Positions 10,301 to 20,693 of a stretch of DNA of 64,000 nucleotides are shown here, in pieces. The notes under the pieces are model-generated. The model did no database searches and was not told the DNA's origin. It was given only the letters and a program-made list of their open reading frames with translations. The DNA comes from Candidatus Aenigmatarchaeota archaeon (GTDB lineage Archaea > Aenigmatarchaeota > Aenigmatarchaeia > CG10238-14 > SCSR01): contig JAHLMT010000001.1 in the NCBI GenBank assembly GCA_018920185.1, positions 190,717 through 254,716 on the forward strand, written 5' to 3'. The translations under genes and the position numbers were made by a program. Within the stretch, counting starts at the first letter, position 1. Every line of letters begins with the position of its first letter.

Positions 10301-11050
10301 ATGAAAAAAATATTTAAACTGTTGATAATATTAACAGTCTGTTTATTGTCTATTTTATCTGTTTCTATAATTTTAATATATAAAAAACCAGGAGAGATTA
10401 GCAAGAGAGTTGTAATCATAACAATTGATGATATCTCTCCAGTATATAGTATTGATAAACATAAAGAATTGTTTTCAATAATAGATAAGTATAATGCTAC
10501 AGCTACGCTTTTTGTTATACCAAATTATTTGGGCAAATATCCCATAACATCAAATCAAGAATGGATTAACCTAATAAAACAGGAACAGAGCAAAGGTTAT
10601 GAAATTGCGCAACATGGGTATGAGCATTCTCCTTATGAGTTTGGTCTAATCAACTATTCAACAGCAGAAAATAAGTTAACTAAAGGTATGAAAATATTGA
10701 AAGATGTATTCGGAGATGATATTTGTGGATTTAGACCACCATATTGGGCTGAAAATTTTGAAGTCAAAAAAGCTTTGAGAGATCTGGGTTATTGTTATGA
10801 TGCTGACATATTTGCTATAAGATTTGAACATGGGTGGTATGATAATATGTGGATAACTGAATTTGTAAAGACAGAGGAAGAATTTCTATTTATGTCAAAG
10901 ATACACAAGCCATTTATTCTTGTTTTACATGTTCAAGCTATGACACCAGAAGGTTACAAGTATCTTGATAAATTCTTAGAGTTTGCACAAAAAAGAGGAG
11001 TTATTTTTAAGACCTATAAGGAAGTTTATGGAACGAAGCTTTCAGCATAA
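10301..11050 (+). CDS. polysaccharide deacetylase (DUF2334/CE4-like), membrane anchored
   Basis: TIDD, EIAQHGYEH, GFRPPY, LVLH. Confidence 0.8.
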   Translation: MKKIFKLLIILTVCLLSILSVSIILIYKKPGEISKRVVIITIDDISPVYSIDKHKELFSIIDKYNATATLFVIPNYLGKYPITSNQEWINLIKQEQSKGYEIAQHGYEHSPYEFGLINYSTAENKLTKGMKILKDVFGDDICGFRPPYWAENFEVKKALRDLGYCYDADIFAIRFEHGWYDNMWITEFVKTEEEFLFMSKIHKPFILVLHVQAMTPEGYKYLDKFLEFAQKRGVIFKTYKEVYGTKLSA

Positions 11051-12233
11051 AACTAATTATTCTTATAATTTTGTAGATAACTCCTTCAATACAACCTATC
11101 ATTAGTGAAACAGACAATGCAGGGAAATAAAGAATTAAACATAAAATTATTTTTGGGGTAAAGAGATTTATCTCCTCTATTTTCGACACCAAATAAAAAT
11201 ACAATATTAAAATAATAAATTTAATGGAAATTAACATAGTTATTAAAGAAGTTATTTTTCCTACTAACTCTATAAATACAAATGAAAAAAGTACATACAT
11301 ATTACCAATGCTCCCTATTAATGATTTCAAAAGAGATACAATTTCTGGATTGAGTAATCCCAAAAATACTGATACAATTAACCAACCAAAGATAATATAA
11401 TTCAGAAGAAAGACCGACAATTGTATTTTTTTGAAGAATGTTTTCCAATGCATAGATAAAATCTCCACACCTATCAGACCTCCTCTAATTCTTCTTTTGA
11501 ACCATCTTATGAAATTAGTGGGTGAATTTGTTCTTACGATAGCAGAAGGTTGATATTTATTTTTCCAACCAGCTTCAATAAGTTTTAAACCCATTTCAGT
11601 ATCCTCACCACCATAATTGAGATTTTCAGTGAATCCATTAACACTTTTCCATGCTTTTCTTGAGATTGCAGAACCACAACCTCTAATCGTAAAGACTGAA
11701 TTGAAAATATCTTGAAATCTAACAGGTAGTGAATCAAAAACAAGTCCGAAATATTCTAATCCAGGCCAAAACCTGTGCTTATTTGCTACCATATATTTGC
11801 ATGTAACAGCTCCTGTATCCTCATCAAATCTTGAAACTAAATTATGTAAACAACTCTTATCTACAAAAGTGTCAGCATCTAAAATAAAAAGTATTGGATA
11901 TTTAGAATGTCTAAAACCATGATTTAAAGCTGCTGATTTTCCACTGTGTTTTTGGTTAATAATCTTTATTTTTCCTCGTAAATTATTCAAGTTCTTGAGA
12001 GTATTGTCAGTAGACCCGTCATTTACAACTATTATCTCCAATTTTGGATATCTGGTTTCTAGAACTGACTTTACACAATTGTATATACTATCCTCGTTGT
12101 TGTATGTAGGAATAATTACACTTATTCCAGGCGGATTTTTCAGTTTTCTAATTTTCTGGTGACGATTTTTGGTTATTAAACTTAAGACGAGTATAAGCCA
12201 TGATAATATGAGAAGTATTAATGAAAAATTCAT
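11007..12233 (-). CDS. processive GT2 glycosyltransferase
   Basis: IPTYN, VNDGSTD, GKSAALN, DAD, EDTE, RRIRG in place of QxxRW; C-terminal TMs. Confidence 0.85.
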   Translation of the reverse strand: MNFSLILLILSWLILVLSLITKNRHQKIRKLKNPPGISVIIPTYNNEDSIYNCVKSVLETRYPKLEIIVVNDGSTDNTLKNLNNLRGKIKIINQKHSGKSAALNHGFRHSKYPILFILDADTFVDKSCLHNLVSRFDEDTGAVTCKYMVANKHRFWPGLEYFGLVFDSLPVRFQDIFNSVFTIRGCGSAISRKAWKSVNGFTENLNYGGEDTEMGLKLIEAGWKNKYQPSAIVRTNSPTNFIRWFKRRIRGGLIGVEILSMHWKTFFKKIQLSVFLLNYIIFGWLIVSVFLGLLNPEIVSLLKSLIGSIGNMYVLFSFVFIELVGKITSLITMLISIKFIILILYFYLVSKIEEINLFTPKIILCLILYFPALSVSLMIGCIEGVIYKIIRIISFMLKASFHKLPYRS

Positions 12234-12590
12234 TCAAACACCATATTACGTATTAAATGGTTTATAAAAATAGGCAGTAGAGCGAAATTAGTTCCAACTT
12301 CTTTCATGACAGGGAAGTCGTATCTACTTACGTTTTACAAGAAGACCCAAAATCACTTAAAGAAGGAAATAAAATAAAATTATAATATGGATCTTACTAT
12401 TGTGCACGAACAAGTTACCCCAGAAAAATTCGAAATTTCATAGTGTTTATGGACGATAACTGTTTTTAGAGTAATGCGGATTTATGTAAAAAAGTTATGT
12501 CGGGAAGTGGAGCAGATAAGACGATTTAAAATTGTATTTCACCACTGAAGAATGGTTAAAATAGAAAAGCTTAAATAGATTACATTACAT

Positions 12591-13586
12591 ATGGTAAACA
12601 TGGACATAACACACCCCGAATTACCAAATGACGCTACCGAAGCTCAACTCTGGAGGTTATTTAGACCTAGTAAGCGAGTAAGAGAATATACTTCAGGTCC
12701 TTTGGACCAAGACATAATTGATGAATTGACACGATACGCCGAGAGTTTGTTTAAATTAGAATTTATCTCACAACCAGGTTATGGTTATATTAAATTACTC
12801 CATGATATTTTTTCTGATATTTTTTCTAAGAAAGGGAGAATCCCCTTTTTCAATTTTCCTCCTTCAGTTTCTAATGCTGTTCGAGAATACGTCATAAAAA
12901 ATAGACCTACACCACCTCTGACAGAATACATCTCAAGAATGTTAGGATATTTAAATTCAAAATGGAGTTCAGAACACTATTGGCTTTTTTTCGAGGGTGA
13001 ATTATACAAACTACTGGATGAATGTCTTGAAACAGTACCATATAGAGAAAGGCGAATTCTTCAAATGAGATTTGGTTTAGGTGATGATTACCCTAGAAGT
13101 TTGAGAGAAACTGCTCAAGAATTTGGAGTTTCATCCACAAGAATTTGGCTCATACAAAAACGTGCATTAAATCGATTAAGAAGAGAGTTTGTACCAAAGC
13201 TTGAAGACTATCTTATGGGACAAAGACTTAAGATGATAGAAATGGATGGTTTGCCGGATGACCCAGAAATTTTAGCCGATCTATATAGAATAATGGAAAA
13301 AAAAGTAGCTCATTTAGAAAGAGAAAAACAAAAATTAGAAGGTAGGATAGCAGCCTTTGAAGAAAGAGAAGCCAAAACATTTGGAGTCTCGTTAGATGTT
13401 CTCCGAACGCCAATCTCAGAACTTGACTTACCTAAACGTGTTAAAACTTCACTCAGAGAGTACGAAAGAGTATCTGATTTACCACTTGAAGACTTAAAAT
13501 CATTGCTCTATATACGAGGGTTTGGCGAAAAAGCATTGGAGGCGCTTAAAAACGAGCTAAGAAGGTTGGGTCTGAACATACCATGA
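12591..13586 (+). CDS. sigma70 region-4 HTH + coiled coil + RNAP alpha-CTD-like fusion protein
   Basis: RERRILQMRFGL...SLRETAQEFGVSSTRIWLIQKRALNRLR; PISELDLPKRVKTSL...IRGFGEKALEALK. Confidence 0.8.
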   Translation: MVNMDITHPELPNDATEAQLWRLFRPSKRVREYTSGPLDQDIIDELTRYAESLFKLEFISQPGYGYIKLLHDIFSDIFSKKGRIPFFNFPPSVSNAVREYVIKNRPTPPLTEYISRMLGYLNSKWSSEHYWLFFEGELYKLLDECLETVPYRERRILQMRFGLGDDYPRSLRETAQEFGVSSTRIWLIQKRALNRLRREFVPKLEDYLMGQRLKMIEMDGLPDDPEILADLYRIMEKKVAHLEREKQKLEGRIAAFEEREAKTFGVSLDVLRTPISELDLPKRVKTSLREYERVSDLPLEDLKSLLYIRGFGEKALEALKNELRRLGLNIP

Positions 13587-13682
13587 AATGAACGTCAAAC
13601 CCCAAAATCTTTTGGTTATTGTTTAAAAGTGACCTGAACCCTAATTTTTATATTCCTGAACCCTAATTATATTGGGAAAATC

Positions 13683-15014
13683 TTGTATTCTCAAGAAATA
13701 GAGTCACTACTCAAGAGTAAAAAGATAAAAATTGGAGATAAGATTCTGATAACCAAGGGTAAACTACAGTATGCAGGTATACTGATGCCTAGGATAAAAC
13801 TCGGTGACACATCCACCTTAGTGATAAAACTTCCAAATGGCTACAATATCGGGATAAAATACGAGAAAGATACGAAAATAAAGAAACTAGAACCAGGTAA
13901 ACCCATAAGATTCAAACCCGCTGAAGCTGTGCCAAGGAAGGATCCTGAAAAGTCCACTGTTTCTATATTAGGTTGTGGCGGGACGATAGCTTCAAGAGTT
14001 GAATATACTACAGGTGCGGTATTTCCGGCCTTTTCACCGGCGGATTTACTTTTGTCGTTCCCTGAACTAGGAGATGTAGCCAACATCAAGAGCAGAAAGC
14101 TATTCGACCTTTTATCAGAGGACATGACTCCACAACATTGGCAAGTCATTGCTAGCGAAGTTGCCAAAGAGATACAATCTGGTGTTGATGGTGTGGTTCT
14201 CATGCACGGCACTGATACTCTACACTACACTTCAGCAGCTCTAAGTTTTATGTTAAGAGACCTCCCAGTTCCTGTAGTCTTAGTCGGTGCTCAACGAAGC
14301 AGTGATCGTGGTAGTAGCGACAATCTTGTTAATCTGGTATCAGCTACAGTTGCAGCAGCTCATTCAAACATAGCTGAAGTTACGGTATGTATGCATGGTA
14401 GTATGAGCGATGATTTCTGCTATATCCACCAAGGAACCAAAGTAAGAAAATTACACACCTCCAGAAGAGATGCATTTCAAAGCGTGAATGTAAGACCATA
14501 TGCGAAAATTTTCTATCCCGATAAAAAAATTGAGTATCTGAGAAATGACTACAAAATACGAGAAAAAAGAAAAGTCGTTCTTGACGATAAATTGAACACA
14601 AATGTTGCATTGATTTACACATATCCAGGAATAAAACCAGAGTTCATACAATCTCTAAGGAATTTTGATGGTATTGTTATAGCGGGAACTGGGTTAGGAC
14701 ACGTTCCTACTAATCCAACAGGAGATAAGTTTACACAAAGTCTATTACCAACTTTAAGAAATCTAATTCATTCAAATATCCCAGTTGTGATAGCACCACA
14801 AACAATTTTCGGTAGACTAAACATGAATGTCTACGAAGCTGGTAGGATGTTAAATGAAATTGGAGTGATCGGTAACGGATGTGATTGGTTGCCTGAAGTT
14901 GCTCTTGTTAAATTAATGTGGGTTCTCGGACATACAAAAGACATGAACAAAATCAAAGAAATGATGCTAACAAATTATGCAGGTGAAATTAGTGACAGAA
15001 ATGTGGTGTCTTAA
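13683..15014 (+). CDS. gatD: Glu-tRNA(Gln) amidotransferase subunit D
   Basis: KLPNGYNIG N-domain, GGTIASR, HGTDT, GAQRSSDRGSSD. Confidence 0.95.
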   Translation: MYSQEIESLLKSKKIKIGDKILITKGKLQYAGILMPRIKLGDTSTLVIKLPNGYNIGIKYEKDTKIKKLEPGKPIRFKPAEAVPRKDPEKSTVSILGCGGTIASRVEYTTGAVFPAFSPADLLLSFPELGDVANIKSRKLFDLLSEDMTPQHWQVIASEVAKEIQSGVDGVVLMHGTDTLHYTSAALSFMLRDLPVPVVLVGAQRSSDRGSSDNLVNLVSATVAAAHSNIAEVTVCMHGSMSDDFCYIHQGTKVRKLHTSRRDAFQSVNVRPYAKIFYPDKKIEYLRNDYKIREKRKVVLDDKLNTNVALIYTYPGIKPEFIQSLRNFDGIVIAGTGLGHVPTNPTGDKFTQSLLPTLRNLIHSNIPVVIAPQTIFGRLNMNVYEAGRMLNEIGVIGNGCDWLPEVALVKLMWVLGHTKDMNKIKEMMLTNYAGEISDRNVVS

Positions 15015-16465
15015 TGGATAAAAAAATAAATTATAGCGCATTGCGATTGAAAGTTGGATTAGAATTACACCAACAATTAGACACAAAATACAAACTCTTT
15101 TGTAATTGTTCAACACAGATGAAAGAAAAAATACCGATAATGATTATTACAAGAAAATTACATCCTGTAGCCAGCGAATTGGGAACGGTAGACATTGCTG
15201 CACAATTCGAATATCTCCGTAACAGAACTTTTCATTACCAAGTGTTTAATAACGAAAGCTGTCAGGTAGAGTTGGATGAAGAACCTCCACATGAATTAAA
15301 TAAAGAAGCTTTAGATACAGCTTTGCAAATTGCACTTTTGCTAAATTGTGATATTCCAAATGAAATTCATGTAATGAGGAAAACTGTTATTGATGGTAGC
15401 AACACAAGTGGATTTCAACGCACAGTGATAATTGGAATGAATGGACACATTAATTACAAAGGGAAACGAATTTTAATAACGCAAGTAACTTTAGAAGAAG
15501 ATGCTGCTGCAATTGTTAGTGAAGAAAATGGTAAAGTCATTTATCGACTGAATCGTTTGGGTATTCCCTTAGTTGAAATTGACACAGGAATCTTAGAGGG
15601 ATATACCCCAGAAGAAATTCAAGAAATTGCTTATCTCATTGGGATAATGGCTCGATCTACGAGTAAAACAAAGCATGGTATAGGCTCTATTAGACAGGAT
15701 GTTAACATAAGCATAAGAAACGGGCCAAGAGTTGAAATAAAAGGTGTGCAGGAATTAGGGTTGTTATCAAAGGTTATTGAATTGGAGGTTCAAAGACAAC
15801 TGAATGAAAAAGTAAAAGAAGAAACACGTGCAGCTAATCTTGATGGCACAACGAGATTTTTGCGTCCATTACCAGGAGCTAGTAGAATGTACCCTGAAAC
15901 AGATATACCACCTATAGTAATTACAAAAGATTACATCGAGAATTTGAAAAAGAATTTGCCAGAACCATGGACTAAAAAACTAGAGAGGTTCAAGACAAAA
16001 CTTAAGTTATCTGATGATCTAGCAAAAGAAATTCTCGGTTCTGAATACTTGAATTTGTTTGAAAGAATTGTCTCGACAAAAAAAGTTGAACCTAGCATAG
16101 TAGCAAGCACATTTGTTTCTATAATAAAAGATTTGGAAAGAAGGGAAAAAGTTGAAGTTAACCGTATATCTGAGAATAGATTTATTGAGCTCTTTGATTA
16201 CTTGCAGGATAAAAAAATTGTGAAAGAAGCTATACCAGAGATTATAAAATATCTTGCCGCATATCCACAGAATGGGGTTGGAGATGCACTAAAAGAATTG
16301 GATTTGAAACCATTGACGCCAGCAGAGGTAAGAGAAATAGCAAAAGAAATTGTAGAACAGCCTAATATAACATTTGAGAAAGCTTACGGAATTGTGATGA
16401 GTAAAGTCAGAGGCAAGATAGATGCTCAAGAAGTGATGAAGATTGTTAAACAAATGATGAAATAG
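15014..16465 (+). CDS. gatE: Glu-tRNA(Gln) amidotransferase subunit E (short form)
   Basis: GLELHQQL, MRKTVIDGSNTSGFQRT, IRQDVNIS, RPLPGASRMYPETD. Confidence 0.95.
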   Translation: MDKKINYSALRLKVGLELHQQLDTKYKLFCNCSTQMKEKIPIMIITRKLHPVASELGTVDIAAQFEYLRNRTFHYQVFNNESCQVELDEEPPHELNKEALDTALQIALLLNCDIPNEIHVMRKTVIDGSNTSGFQRTVIIGMNGHINYKGKRILITQVTLEEDAAAIVSEENGKVIYRLNRLGIPLVEIDTGILEGYTPEEIQEIAYLIGIMARSTSKTKHGIGSIRQDVNISIRNGPRVEIKGVQELGLLSKVIELEVQRQLNEKVKEETRAANLDGTTRFLRPLPGASRMYPETDIPPIVITKDYIENLKKNLPEPWTKKLERFKTKLKLSDDLAKEILGSEYLNLFERIVSTKKVEPSIVASTFVSIIKDLERREKVEVNRISENRFIELFDYLQDKKIVKEAIPEIIKYLAAYPQNGVGDALKELDLKPLTPAEVREIAKEIVEQPNITFEKAYGIVMSKVRGKIDAQEVMKIVKQMMK

Positions 16466-16468
16466 ATT

Positions 16469-17311
16469 ATGAAATTCCTAAAGTCACAATTTAGCTTGGA
16501 AGAATCTAATATTGTAGTATTTGGAGTGCCAATAGGTAAAAGGTTCAAAGATATTTCAGAGAAATTAAGAAAGACTAGCATTTATTTAGAAGTATTTGAC
16601 ATAGATAGAAAGAGAAATTTACTAGAAAATATCAAAATTTCGGATTTAGGTGATTTAGAAATAAAAAATTTAGAAGAAATAATTTCTTATACAAAAAATA
16701 TTGTACAAAAAAATAAAATCCCTCTTTTAATTTCAGGAGATCACCCAACCTTATTTTCTTTTCAGGCTTTTGACGAAAAAACAAAAATAATAAGTTTTGA
16801 TGCCCACTGTGATTTGAAAGATGAGTATGAAGATGAGAAAATTATTGATTTAAGCACATGGAGTGGTAACTTTGACTCAAGAGTTAATGGTGCAACCTGG
16901 TTAAGAAGATTATGTGAAAAGATAGATCCGAAAAATATTTTATTATTAGGAATACGTTCTTGTGACGAAGATGAGCTAAAGTTTATCGAAGATAATGATA
17001 TACACTATTTTACTTCTTCTAAAATAAAAGAAGATATAAAATCTGTTAAACAAAAAGTTAAAGAATTCACAAAAAATTCAAAACTTTATATTACACTCGA
17101 CATTGATGTTTTTGACCCAAGTATAGCACCTGCAGTTCATCATCCTGAACCAAATGGAATATTTTTTAATGATTTTCAGAATTTACTTGAGTCATTTAAA
17201 GGAAAATTAGTTGGATTAGATGTATGTTGTCTAAATCCTATCCAAAATAACGAAGTTACTGAATTTCTTGTAATACGTTCGATTTTTGAAATATTAGGTT
17301 TAATTAGTTGA
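16469..17311 (+). CDS. speB: agmatinase/arginase-family ureohydrolase
   Basis: GDH, FDAHCDL, DIDVFDP metal ligands. Confidence 0.75.
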   Translation: MKFLKSQFSLEESNIVVFGVPIGKRFKDISEKLRKTSIYLEVFDIDRKRNLLENIKISDLGDLEIKNLEEIISYTKNIVQKNKIPLLISGDHPTLFSFQAFDEKTKIISFDAHCDLKDEYEDEKIIDLSTWSGNFDSRVNGATWLRRLCEKIDPKNILLLGIRSCDEDELKFIEDNDIHYFTSSKIKEDIKSVKQKVKEFTKNSKLYITLDIDVFDPSIAPAVHHPEPNGIFFNDFQNLLESFKGKLVGLDVCCLNPIQNNEVTEFLVIRSIFEILGLIS

Positions 17312-17329
17312 AGTATTAATAGTGTTGAT

Positions 17330-18256
17330 ATGATTAGTGTAAAAGATTTTGATATAAAGGGAAAATTAACTGTAAACAAGTTAATACAACAAATGTTAGA
17401 TTCGGGAGGATTCACTTCCAAAAAACTTGCGGAAGGAGTAGATATTATAGAAAAGATGCTTAAGGATAAAGATTCTTTGAACTTTCTTTCGTTCCCTGCG
17501 GATATAGTTTCTACTGGCACAAGAGGTATTCTGAAAGAAATGGTTAAAAGAAAATGGTTCGATGTTGTAATAACGACGTGCGGAACTTTAGATCATGATG
17601 TAGCCAGAACTTACAAAGATTACTATCATGGTAGTTTTGATTTAGACGACAGAGAACTCAAGAAGAGAGGTATTAACAGAGTAGGAAATATAATCTTTCC
17701 GAGTGAAAACTACGGTATTATTATTGAACGGAAAATTTCACAATTTCTAAAAGAAATTTTTAACGAGGGTAAAAAAGAATTAGCAACTTATGAATTAGCA
17801 TGGGAAATAGGTAAAAGATTAAATAATGAAAATTCGATTTTATACTGGTGTTATAAAAATCAAATTCCTCTAATTGTCCCAGGTATAACAGATGGTGCTG
17901 TAGGATATCAAATATGGCAATTTTCTCAGACATACGATTTTAAAGTTGATGTATTAAAAGATGAGAAATTACTTTCTGATTTAGTTTGGAATACAAAAAA
18001 ATCTGGTGCAGTAATAATTGGTGGAGGTATATCTAAGCATCATGTCATTTGGTGGAACCAGTTTAAAAAAGGATTAGATTATGCTGTCTACATTACTACT
18101 GCGGTTGAATATGATGGTAGCTTATCAGGTGCTAGACCAAGAGAAGCCATAAGTTGGAATAAAATTAAGGAAAATGCACTAACTATTACGATAGAATGTG
18201 ATGCTACAATTTGTTTACCAATAATAGTTGCTTCATTATGTGAAAGAAAAATTTAA
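17330..18256 (+). CDS. dys: deoxyhypusine synthase
   Basis: GGGISKHH, DGSLSGARPREAISWNK. Confidence 0.92.
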   Translation: MISVKDFDIKGKLTVNKLIQQMLDSGGFTSKKLAEGVDIIEKMLKDKDSLNFLSFPADIVSTGTRGILKEMVKRKWFDVVITTCGTLDHDVARTYKDYYHGSFDLDDRELKKRGINRVGNIIFPSENYGIIIERKISQFLKEIFNEGKKELATYELAWEIGKRLNNENSILYWCYKNQIPLIVPGITDGAVGYQIWQFSQTYDFKVDVLKDEKLLSDLVWNTKKSGAVIIGGGISKHHVIWWNQFKKGLDYAVYITTAVEYDGSLSGARPREAISWNKIKENALTITIECDATICLPIIVASLCERKI

Positions 18257-18678
18257 AATTCTATTTTAGACCTTTGCCGATTAATAATAACTTCAGCTAA
18301 CTTGAGATCTCTGGGGAATTCGATACCTCTATTTATTAGGTTTTTCTCGACTTTCTCTGCATTCAATTTTTCAAGTAGATAAACTGTAACTTTTTCAAAG
18401 TCAAAATCTTTACAAGAAAATATATCAACTGATGCAAACCTCTGCTCTACAAAAGTATGGATAGCTATGTGACTCTCAGCTATGATGACAAATCCTGATA
18501 TACCCCCTTTATCAAAACTATTTTCCTTACCCTCGTATATTAGCAATGAAGGTTTTGTCAATTTTGTCATTCCAATAATATCTGGCAATTCATCGAGAAT
18601 AGAGTAGATGAATTCTGCATTTTTTAGATTTTCCTTATTGCAATTATAAAAATCCAATGTTAAATGTGGTCCTAACAT
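18253..18678 (-). CDS. speD: pyruvoyl-dependent S-adenosylmethionine (or arginine) decarboxylase proenzyme
   Basis: GPHL, IAESHIAIHTF cleavage motif, DIFSC. Confidence 0.85.
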   Translation of the reverse strand: MLGPHLTLDFYNCNKENLKNAEFIYSILDELPDIIGMTKLTKPSLLIYEGKENSFDKGGISGFVIIAESHIAIHTFVEQRFASVDIFSCKDFDFEKVTVYLLEKLNAEKVEKNLINRGIEFPRDLKLAEVIINRQRSKIEF

Positions 18679-18686
18679 TTTATCCT

Positions 18687-19571
18687 TTACTTAACATGTA
18701 TTTCTACGATATCATTATCTTGTAATTTATAATCTAGTCCTACTTTTCTACCTGAGAACTTTGTAGAATTGTATATTCGTGCAAATTTAAATGTTTTGAT
18801 AAAATCTTTGTGCACTTCTTTTGCTAAATCCTTTACTGTTGCATTTTTTCTTAATGCCAATGCTGGTATATCCTTAGGTTTATTCGGAGCTTTTGTATAA
18901 ACCTTGATTAAATCTAAACTTTTCCAGATTTTCTCTTTTAATTCGTCTAGTCCAACTTTAGATTTAGCATCCAAACAAACTGTATCATTATCTAGTCCAC
19001 ATACTTTGCTTTTATTTTTCACAAAAATTATTTTCTTAAATAATCTGTTAGATTCCAAAATTTTAGTTAATTCATATTTTTGTTTATCAATATCTTGTGT
19101 TGCATCTAATAAGACGATGATTAAATCTGACGAATGTAGTAAATTCAAAGATTCTGGATCAAAAGTTGACGGGATTTCAATTAATTGAAACTGTAAATCA
19201 TTATAAAACATCATACCAACTTGTGGTTTCTTTGTTGTATACGGATATATCCCAACTTCTACATTTGCATTTGTTAAAGAGTTCAACAAAGTGCTTTTAC
19301 CGGAATTGGTCAAACCAACGATACAAATTTGAGCCACACCTTCTTTTCTAATTGTAAATTTTGGTTTGTGCAATTTTCTCCTTTCGACTAACAGCTCTTT
19401 TTTCAGTTTTGATAATCTCTTTCTTAAGTCGGCTAATAACTTCTCAGATCCTTTATGCTTTGGCGCTAATCGAATCATTTCTTCAAGAGCTTTTATCTTT
19501 TCTGCGGTTGTTTTAGCTTCAGAATAACGTCTCTCTGCAGCAAAGTATTCAGGTCCGGCATTCACAGGCAT
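18687..19571 (-). CDS. DRG/OBG-family GTPase with TGS domain
   Basis: PKHKGSE, GLTNSGKS, YPYTT, KVYTK, VGLDYKLQDND. Confidence 0.85.
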   Translation of the reverse strand: MPVNAGPEYFAAERRYSEAKTTAEKIKALEEMIRLAPKHKGSEKLLADLRKRLSKLKKELLVERRKLHKPKFTIRKEGVAQICIVGLTNSGKSTLLNSLTNANVEVGIYPYTTKKPQVGMMFYNDLQFQLIEIPSTFDPESLNLLHSSDLIIVLLDATQDIDKQKYELTKILESNRLFKKIIFVKNKSKVCGLDNDTVCLDAKSKVGLDELKEKIWKSLDLIKVYTKAPNKPKDIPALALRKNATVKDLAKEVHKDFIKTFKFARIYNSTKFSGRKVGLDYKLQDNDIVEIHVK

Positions 19572-19591
19572 AATAGAGTAATTTTAATTCA

Positions 19592-20116
19592 TTATTTTTC
19601 TTCTTTATCCTTTCCAAACATCTCTAATTGACTCTCTCTCACAAGATTAACTCTGTTCTGTATTATTGTATGAATCTTTTCAGGATATCGAATACCTTTC
19701 ATTACCATGTCACTACCAGCTTTAAAAGAACTAACGCTGAGATTACCATAATTAAAAATTCTTCCTATTAAACTTTTCTCAACTCTTATGTCAGCTACGG
19801 TTGCGTAAGGCAAAATAACTTTTTCCTTATTCAAAATACCTTCCTGTTTGATAACTTCATTCATAGTAACTATAAATTTTGTTCTAAATCTTGTCCATTC
19901 TGGTTGTTCAACCATGGCAACAGCTATGCCGAATATACCCATGAGTATTAGAGTCGAAATTAATTCTGATTGTGTCTTAGGGAAAAGAGTAAATTTTATA
20001 TCAAAAATGAAATAAATCAACAAAAGAAATATCACAACTAGCACAGCTATAATATAATTTCCTAAAAAGTATATTCTCGAAGTCTTAATTACAACTTCTT
20101 TCGGTTCCTCGTCCAT
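19592..20116 (-). CDS. membrane protein with bacterial PH (bPH_2) domain
   Basis: 2 TMs; GILNK...IRVEKSLIGRIFNYGNL. Confidence 0.75.
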   Translation of the reverse strand: MDEEPKEVVIKTSRIYFLGNYIIAVLVVIFLLLIYFIFDIKFTLFPKTQSELISTLILMGIFGIAVAMVEQPEWTRFRTKFIVTMNEVIKQEGILNKEKVILPYATVADIRVEKSLIGRIFNYGNLSVSSFKAGSDMVMKGIRYPEKIHTIIQNRVNLVRESQLEMFGKDKEEK

Positions 20117-20145
20117 AATTTTAATTTGTATTCTAAGATTAAATT

Positions 20146-20691
20146 ATGCGAACTCTTGAGAAAATAGGTGAAGAAATTGAGAAATGCCCAGAATGTAAAA
20201 AAAATAAATTTGGTTTGCCAGTATCTGGAGAAGGAAATCCTAATGCAAAAATAATGTTTATCGGCGAAGCACCAGGAAGAGAAGAATCAAAGACTGGTAG
20301 ACCTTTTGTTGGTAGAGCGGGGAAACTCTTAACAGAGCTGCTAGATTCTATTGGGATTAAAAGAGAAGAAGTTTTTATCACATCACCAGTAAAGTATTAT
20401 CCTGGGAAGAGAAAGCTTACAACAAAAGAGATTTTACATGGTAGGAAACATTTGCTTAAACAAATTAGTGTAATTAAACCAAAGCTGATAGTTGCTTTAG
20501 GAAATGTTGCCCTGAAGGCTTTATTTCCTGATAAGAAGTTAAGCATAACAAAAATTCATGGTGAATCTATTTATGCAGATAAAATTTATTTTCCAACTTT
20601 TCATCCCGCAGCCGCCTTAAGATTTCCTAAGATTAAAAAACTAATTAAAAAAGATTTTTGTAAATTAAAAAAAATTATAAAAGAGTTATAA
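20146..20691 (+). CDS. udg: uracil-DNA glycosylase family 4
   Basis: CPEC, IGEAPG, GRPFVGRAG, TFHPAA. Confidence 0.9.
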   Translation: MRTLEKIGEEIEKCPECKKNKFGLPVSGEGNPNAKIMFIGEAPGREESKTGRPFVGRAGKLLTELLDSIGIKREEVFITSPVKYYPGKRKLTTKEILHGRKHLLKQISVIKPKLIVALGNVALKALFPDKKLSITKIHGESIYADKIYFPTFHPAAALRFPKIKKLIKKDFCKLKKIIKEL

Positions 20692-20693
20692 TT

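Noticed and set aside
12499-12515. CGGGAAGTG match to the degenerate att core at 31864
   Set aside because: Only 9 bp, with no arm motif or integrase nearby; likely chance
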